From: Clostridiales bacterium
GTDB lineage: Bacteria > Bacillota > Clostridia > Saccharofermentanales > Saccharofermentanaceae
NCBI GenBank assembly: GCA_017649645.1
Contig: JAGCGK010000124.1
Location: 52,658-116,657 of the forward strand
Direction of reading: 5' to 3'
Length of the DNA: 64,000 nt
Shown here one piece after another: positions 58,297 through 64,000 of this stretch (positions within the stretch are counted from its first letter, which is position 1; every line of letters begins with the position of its first letter). The notes under the pieces are model-generated. The model saw only the letters and a list, made by a program, of their open reading frames with translations. It was not told the DNA's origin and made no database searches. A program made the position numbers and the translations under genes.

Positions 58297-59376
58297 TTAC
58301 TCTTCAGTTGCTTCTTTCGTTTCTTCAGGTTCTTCTATTATTTCCGGCATCGCGATCTCTCCCTGAAGACAAACTTCATCATCTCCGGGTTCTGTGGTTT
58401 CGGCAGGTTCATCGGAAGACTCTTCTTTGTTCTCTTCCTTAGTTTCTTCCTTAACAACTTCAACTTCGCCTGTCGGCTTGATGATCTTTACTGTCTTATT
58501 CTTATCATCTTCCTTTGGAACGAGGAACTTTTCCGGGATATATGTTCTTTCAACATTCTTAACGTTTGCATAGAAGATATATACCAAACCTACGACCATG
58601 ATGATGAACGACAGGAGCTGTGATGTTCTGATCGCTGTGTTTCCGATATAAAGCGAATCGGTACGAAGTCCTTCAATGAAGAATCTGGCTAATCCGTAAA
58701 CTACGAGGTAAACGCAGGTAGCTTCGTAATTGTGCTTTGATTTTTTTCGAACAACAAGAAGGATAAAGAAAAGCGCCAAGTTAACAAGTGACTCATAAAG
58801 GAATGTAGGATGAACAGGCATCGTGCTGTCCAGATCCTTACAGTAGACACGAAGATATGCCTGCACCTTGTCGCTGGTCATACCCCAAGGAAGTGTTGTC
58901 GTGGTACCGAATGCTTCCTGGTTGAAGAAGTTACCCCAACGGCCGATTGCCTGGCCCAACGGAAGATAAGGAATACCGTAGTCAAGGATCGCAGAGAACG
59001 GGATCTTACGGATCTTACACATAATGAAGATCGCGAGAAGAGCAGCGATTATACCGCCGTAAACGGCAAGGCCGCCGGATCTCGTATCGAAGATGCTCTT
59101 AAGATCGTCCTTGTAGCTGTCCCATTCGCAGATAACATAGTAAGCTCTCGCGCCGACGATAGCTGCCGGAAGAGCAACGAGGATCGTGTCTGCAACAAGA
59201 TCCGTGGAGAACTTGTTGTCCTTACAATGCTTCATCGCGAGGGTAACGCATAAAAGGATTCCCAGTGCGATGATCACGCCGTACCAATAGACATCGATGC
59301 CGAATATCCTGAAGGCAACGCTGTCTACGTTAAAATGTATTCCCAGCTTCGGAAAGCTTACTTCTGTCGCAGTCAT
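58297..59376 (-). CDS. lgt: Prolipoprotein diacylglyceryl transferase
   Basis: WYG, GGLAVYGG, GRWGNFFNQE, HPTFLYES, RFFIEGLR. Confidence 0.97.
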   Translation of the reverse strand: MTATEVSFPKLGIHFNVDSVAFRIFGIDVYWYGVIIALGILLCVTLAMKHCKDNKFSTDLVADTILVALPAAIVGARAYYVICEWDSYKDDLKSIFDTRSGGLAVYGGIIAALLAIFIMCKIRKIPFSAILDYGIPYLPLGQAIGRWGNFFNQEAFGTTTTLPWGMTSDKVQAYLRVYCKDLDSTMPVHPTFLYESLVNLALFFILLVVRKKSKHNYEATCVYLVVYGLARFFIEGLRTDSLYIGNTAIRTSQLLSFIIMVVGLVYIFYANVKNVERTYIPEKFLVPKEDDKNKTVKIIKPTGEVEVVKEETKEENKEESSDEPAETTEPGDDEVCLQGEIAMPEIIEEPEETKEATEE

Positions 59377-59429
59377 ATATTATTTCTCCTAACATTCATC
59401 GAATGATATTTTATCATCTATATTTATTA

Positions 59430-60362
59430 TCAGTTTAAGATTTTACCCTTTTCCCACAAAATCGCCACTTTTTCCTTGTCGGATTCGACCCGGGCCTTGA
59501 GCTCGTCCACTGATCGAAATTTCATCTCGGGTCTTACGAATCCCAGAAGTTCGACTTTGATATTCCTGCCGTAAAGCTCTCCTTCGTGTCCGTATATGAA
59601 CGTCTCTATGTTAACGTTATCGGAATCTTCCACCGTAGGCCTTAATCCGAGATTGGATATCGATCTGTACTTAACTCCGTCAAGAGTCGTAAGAGTTATG
59701 TACACACCGAACTTCGGTTTAAACCTGTCTGAAGGTATCGGGAGATTTGCCGTCGGGAACCCCAATGTACTTCCCAGCATCTTCCCTCTTACGACAGTTC
59801 CTTCATAAGAAAATCTATCGCCTCCGAGAAGCACGTTCGCCCTATCAACATCACCGTCAGAAAGGAGATTTCTTATAAGCGTAGACGAACACTTTTCATT
59901 CTCGAAAAAGACATCAGGAACTATCAAAGTCCCGATCCCTCTTTGAAGCGACAAAGACTTAAGAAGGTCAGCATTACCGACAGCATTTTTTCCGAAAGTA
60001 TAATCCGTTCCCGATACCAGTACTTTGGCATTAAGCTTCTTATAAAGGACTTCGTCAACGAAAACTTCCGCTTCCATATCCTTGATCGTATCAAAGTCCA
60101 GGCTAATGACCTGATGAACTCCGAGTTCCTTAAAGATCTGAAGTTTCTCTTCATAACTTCTAAGCTCGGTAGGATCCTTGAGCTTAAAATTCTTAAATGT
60201 AAGGACAGATGCGGCAAGACCTTTTTCTCTTGCAGACTCGACAGTCTTTCTTATGATCTCGCGGTGACCCAGATGCACGCCGTCAAAAAAGCCCAGCGCG
60301 ATAACACGGCCTTTTTCTTCAGCCACATCAGCAAACTTAACTAATTCAGGTGTTACCGTCAT
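59430..60362 (-). CDS. ribF: Riboflavin kinase / FAD synthetase
   Basis: GFFDGVHLGH, SSTLIR, GFPTAN, RPT. Confidence 0.95.
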   Translation of the reverse strand: MTVTPELVKFADVAEEKGRVIALGFFDGVHLGHREIIRKTVESAREKGLAASVLTFKNFKLKDPTELRSYEEKLQIFKELGVHQVISLDFDTIKDMEAEVFVDEVLYKKLNAKVLVSGTDYTFGKNAVGNADLLKSLSLQRGIGTLIVPDVFFENEKCSSTLIRNLLSDGDVDRANVLLGGDRFSYEGTVVRGKMLGSTLGFPTANLPIPSDRFKPKFGVYITLTTLDGVKYRSISNLGLRPTVEDSDNVNIETFIYGHEGELYGRNIKVELLGFVRPEMKFRSVDELKARVESDKEKVAILWEKGKILN

Positions 60363-61312
60363 GCGAGCATCCTCTCTATCCTAAGTCTTCCGTCTTCTTC
60401 TGATACATACATTACGGCGATAACTTCACCGTTAAATGTTGCTTTATAAAACGTATCCGAAGCATACGAAGAAGTGATCTCTTTGAATGGTCTTACGTCA
60501 AGTTTCTTACCGCACTTTACCATCGATGTCTGAACTTCGTTCAGCTTAAGTTCAGGCATGTCATCAACTATCATCGATGCATCCTTGATAAACGACAGAT
60601 CACTTGTTTCCATCATCTTCTCAACGGCGTCTACCTTGTACGCATCACTTACATCGAACGGTCCGCACTTGATCCTTCTAAGGCTCTTCGCGTACGCACC
60701 GAACCCGACTTCACGTCCCACATCATCGCAGATAGTCCTTATATATGTTCCCTTGCTGCATGAGATAACGAAGTCAACTTCGATCGTCTCATCAACCACA
60801 TCTACGGACTTAATGTCGATCGAATAGATCGTAACCGGATGGGGCTTAAGCTCGACCTCTTTTCCTTCTCTTGCAAGTTCATAAGCTTTCTTGCCGTTGA
60901 TCTTCTTCGCGGAATATTTAGGCGGCACCTGTGACGTTATCTTCGTCATCTTCTCGAAAGCATCGCGAACGACCTTAAAGTCACTACTGATGAGATCTTT
61001 AAGTTCGTCAGAAGTCGGCATCTTTCCGCCAGTTACTTCACCTTCGACATCTAGTGTATCCGTTGTTTTTCCGAAAACACATACGCACTCGTAAGTCTTG
61101 TCGTAATCATCCGCAAATCTTATATATCTGAGGCCTTTTCCGACACACAAAGGAAGAAGACCTGTGGCAAAAGGGTCCAGTGTCCCCAGATGTCCGACCT
61201 TCTTTGTGTGAAGCAACTTTTTAATCTTCGAATCACAGGCAAAAGAAGTCATTCCCGAATCCTTATCGAGAAGTATCAGTATGTTCTTGCCCTCGAAATC
61301 ATTATCAACCAT
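60359..61312 (-). CDS. truB: tRNA pseudouridine 55 synthase
   Basis: KVGHLGTLDPFATG, QVPPKYSAKK, SKGTYIR. Confidence 0.97.
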   Translation of the reverse strand: MVDNDFEGKNILILLDKDSGMTSFACDSKIKKLLHTKKVGHLGTLDPFATGLLPLCVGKGLRYIRFADDYDKTYECVCVFGKTTDTLDVEGEVTGGKMPTSDELKDLISSDFKVVRDAFEKMTKITSQVPPKYSAKKINGKKAYELAREGKEVELKPHPVTIYSIDIKSVDVVDETIEVDFVISCSKGTYIRTICDDVGREVGFGAYAKSLRRIKCGPFDVSDAYKVDAVEKMMETSDLSFIKDASMIVDDMPELKLNEVQTSMVKCGKKLDVRPFKEITSSYASDTFYKATFNGEVIAVMYVSEEDGRLRIERMLA

Positions 61313-62324
61313 TCAAAAGTTCAATGGCCTTTCTGACCATCTCTTCCCTCAACTCGTTTATGTCTCTTCCTTCGACAGTACAGCCTGCGGCTCTCACGTG
61401 TCCGCCGCCGTCATAAGATGACGCGAATGCAGCCGCATCAAATCCTTCGTTGGATCTGATATTGACTCTTATCTTGCCGTCTTCCGCTTCTCTTAAAACG
61501 ATGGATACGTCAACGCCTTCGACGTCTCTTAATCTGGAGACTACTTCGGCGATATCATCTCTTCCCGCACCGCACTTATCGAACAGTTCACTGGTTACGA
61601 CCGTGGTCGCGATCCTTCCGTCAAGATCGAATCTTGCCATTGAACATGCAAGGCTCGATATCTTAAGTTCACACTGCTTTTTTCTGTCGTAACAGTTATA
61701 CATTATAGGAGCGATCTCGCCTCCGAGTCTCATCAATTCAGCCGACACTTCAAGTGTCTCCGGATTGGTGTTGGAGTACGAGAATCTTCCCGTATCTGTG
61801 ATGATCCCCGTCAAGAAAAACATCGCTGCTTTCTTCGTGATCATCTTCTTATAATCTTCGTTCTTGAGCTTACATAATTCCGTGCAAAGATAGAACATCA
61901 GTTCCGATGCCGAAGATGCACCCGGAACCACCCATCTGTTGTCACCGTCATTTGTAACGGTAGCATGATGATCGACAATAAGCTTATTTTCACATTTCTC
62001 GAAAATGTCACCTGCATCGCCCATTCTGGAACCCGCCGCGCAGTCGGTGGCGATAGCCAAAGTAGGAGCCTCGACTTCTTCTTTATCTACTCTTACGATA
62101 TACTCGCCGAAATCAAGATAATCCATATAAGTAGGAAGATCTTCACAGATACAGACCTTGGATCCGTAACCGAGTGATCTCAATACTTCACTTAATCCGC
62201 ACGCAGATCCTATGCAGTCTCCGTCTATGCTTCTGTGGACGAAGATAAGGACCTTTTGGCCGTGTGAATCAAGTTCTTCGATAAACTTCTTAGCGATGCT
62301 GGTCTTTTCGGAATACATGATCAA
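61305..62324 (-). CDS. nrnA: DHH/DHHA1 phosphoesterase (NrnA-like)
   Basis: DGDCIGS, VDHH, DTGRF, GGGHVRAAG; between rbfA and truB. Confidence 0.88.
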   Translation of the reverse strand: MIMYSEKTSIAKKFIEELDSHGQKVLIFVHRSIDGDCIGSACGLSEVLRSLGYGSKVCICEDLPTYMDYLDFGEYIVRVDKEEVEAPTLAIATDCAAGSRMGDAGDIFEKCENKLIVDHHATVTNDGDNRWVVPGASSASELMFYLCTELCKLKNEDYKKMITKKAAMFFLTGIITDTGRFSYSNTNPETLEVSAELMRLGGEIAPIMYNCYDRKKQCELKISSLACSMARFDLDGRIATTVVTSELFDKCGAGRDDIAEVVSRLRDVEGVDVSIVLREAEDGKIRVNIRSNEGFDAAAFASSYDGGGHVRAAGCTVEGRDINELREEMVRKAIELLNG

Positions 62325-62692
62325 TCTTCCTTATGTCTTTTCTCGTCATCATCGATAGTCTTATCGATGAGCTCGTACAACTTTGCCGCTTCTTCGATCG
62401 TATTATCCAATACAAAATGAAGCTCAGGAGCAACACGAAGATTGATGTATTTACACATCTCCCTTCTTATAAATCCGCTTGCATGAACGATGGCACTTAA
62501 CGCCTCATTCTTTGCCCTGTCATCTCCGAAAACAGACACATAGCATGTCGCATGTGTAAGGTCTGATGACATCCTGACTTCCACGATGGAAGTAAGCAGA
62601 GGGATACGCGGATCTTTTACATCATTCTGGATGATGTTAGACAAAACTTTCTGCATCTCGTCTCCGACGATCTGAGCTCTGTTTCTTCTCAT
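62321..62692 (-). CDS. rbfA: Ribosome-binding factor A
   Basis: VKDPRI, SSDLTHA, GFIR, LRVAPELHF. Confidence 0.96.
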   Translation of the reverse strand: MRRNRAQIVGDEMQKVLSNIIQNDVKDPRIPLLTSIVEVRMSSDLTHATCYVSVFGDDRAKNEALSAIVHASGFIRREMCKYINLRVAPELHFVLDNTIEEAAKLYELIDKTIDDDEKRHKED

Positions 62693-62716
62693 AAATATTT
62701 ACCTCTTAAATGCGAA

Positions 62717-62747
62717 GCCGAGATATAGAGTTACCCTATGTCCCGGC
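62717..62747 (-). other. Stem-loop between infB and rbfA
   Basis: GCCGGGACATAGGG/CTCTATATCTCGGC on minus strand. Confidence 0.5.
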
Positions 62748-62765
62748 CTCAACAGTTAGTCTTTT

Positions 62766-64000
62766 TTATCTGGCTACTTCCTGCATCTCGTAAGCTTCGA
62801 TGATATCACCGATCTTGATATCGTTATACTTCTCGATAGAAAGACCGCACTCGTAACCTTCCTTAACTTCCTTAACTGCATCCTTCATTCTCTGGAGTGA
62901 TGCGAGCTTACCTGTGTAGACTACGATATCGTCTCTTACGACACGAACCTCGCAGTTTCTTCTGATAAGACCGTCAAGAACATAACATCCTCCGATAGTA
63001 CCGACACCCGATACCTTGAACAGCTCTCTGATCTCGACATGTCCGAGAACGACCTCTTCGAATGTAGGAGCGAGCATTCCCTTCATAGCCTTCTCAACGT
63101 CTTCGATAGCGTTATAGATGACGCTGTAAAGTCTTATGTCAACGCCTGCTTCCTTAGCCTTCTCAGTGATGATCGCATTAGGACGAACGTTAAATCCGAT
63201 GATGATCGCATTGGATACATCAGCGAGAACAACGTCGGACTCGTTGATCGCACCGACACCACCGTGGATGACCTTAACACGAACTTCGTCATTGCTGAGC
63301 TTCTCGAGGGACTGGATGACAGCCTCAACGGAACCCTGAACGTCTGCCTTAACGATGAGGTTAAGATCTTTGACATCACCTGCAGCAAGAGAAGCTGCGA
63401 GTGTATCAAGGCTCATCTTGGAAGACTTGTGCAGCTGCTGTTCACGGAGCTTGATCTTTCTCTTCTCAACGAGCTGTCTTGCGATCTTATCGTCTGTAAC
63501 AGCGTAAAGTGTCTCACCTGCTTCAGGTACTTCAGGAAGACCTAAGATCTCAACCGGAATGGAAGGACCTGCCTTCTTGATATCTGAACCCTTGTCGTCG
63601 TACATAGCACGAACGTTACCGATCATAGGTCCGCATACGACAGTATCACCGGACTTCAATGTACCGCGCTGTACAAGTACTGTTGCAACAGGTCCTCTTG
63701 CCTTATCGAGCTTAGCCTCGATAACAGTACCTTTGGCCTGACGCTTAGGATCTGCCTTGAGCTCGAGTACGTCTGCTGTGAGAAGTACCATCTCGAGAAG
63801 ATCATCAATACCTGTTCCCTGCTTAGCAGATACAGGTACCATGATCGTGGAACCGCCCCACTCCTCAGGAATGAGCTCGTAGTTGGAGAGCTCCTGCTTA
63901 ACCTTATCAGGGTTTGCACCCGGCTTATCGATCTTGTTGATAGCAACGATGATCTCTGTGTTAGCAGCCTTAGCGTGGTTTATAGCCTCGATCGTCTGTG
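62766..64000 (-). CDS. infB: Translation initiation factor IF-2, 5' end outside window
   Basis: Frame open to window edge ([14 protein letters not shown]); [21 protein letters not shown]. Confidence 0.98.
   Translation of the reverse strand, partial: QTIEAINHAKAANTEIIVAINKIDKPGANPDKVKQELSNYELIPEEWGGSTIMVPVSAKQGTGIDDLLEMVLLTADVLELKADPKRQAKGTVIEAKLDKARGPVATVLVQRGTLKSGDTVVCGPMIGNVRAMYDDKGSDIKKAGPSIPVEILGLPEVPEAGETLYAVTDDKIARQLVEKRKIKLREQQLHKSSKMSLDTLAASLAAGDVKDLNLIVKADVQGSVEAVIQSLEKLSNDEVRVKVIHGGVGAINESDVVLADVSNAIIIGFNVRPNAIITEKAKEAGVDIRLYSVIYNAIEDVEKAMKGMLAPTFEEVVLGHVEIRELFKVSGVGTIGGCYVLDGLIRRNCEVRVVRDDIVVYTGKLASLQRMKDAVKEVKEGYECGLSIEKYNDIKIGDIIEAYEMQEVAR

Noticed and set aside
573-63946. Many plus-strand and alternative-frame ORFs in the track (e.g. 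18000-18626, 29975-30649, 35317-35964, 50861-51409)
   Set aside because: They overlap well-supported minus-strand genes and show no recognisable motifs; typical antisense shadows. Only the DUF1294 gene is accepted on the plus strand.

Overview
64 kb of a Clostridia-type (Bacillota) chromosome; the narrower lineage cannot be fixed from sequence alone. Nearly all genes are on the minus strand. Core blocks, in transcription order: infB(partial)-rbfA-DHH phosphoesterase-truB-ribF-lgt-rodA; a PadR/DUF1700 unit; a reduced dcw cluster (mraZ-rsmH-ftsL-PBP-murE-murF-ftsW-murG-ftsQ-ftsZ, with no mraY, murD or ftsA); nrdR-two-component system-nth-recG-rsmD-coaD; hemW; hrcA-grpE-clpP-dnaK-dnaJ-prmA; rsmE-hisS-aspS-lepB-lepA; tRNA-Leu(TAG). 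Accessory segments interrupt this backbone: an ECF sigma factor with two paralogous membrane partners; a degenerate ABC-type ATPase + DUF4276/TOPRIM-like pair coupled to hemW; an AT-richer four-gene type VII-substrate-like cluster plus an LRR lipoprotein between hemW and hrcA; a GT2/two-component/ABC/ThiD-like block between prmA and rsmE; and small genes (GNAT, C_GCAxxG_C_C, Imm1-like) beyond the tRNA. Best leads: tandem NrdR-type boxes on the ftsZ-nrdR promoter, the T7SS-like cluster, clpP inside the dnaK operon with two CIRCEs plus a CtsR box, and a ThiD-like pseudokinase whose start codon lies in one arm of a long-range inverted repeat. All family assignments come from motif recognition by eye; no searches were run. 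No CRISPR array, rRNA or transposase was seen.
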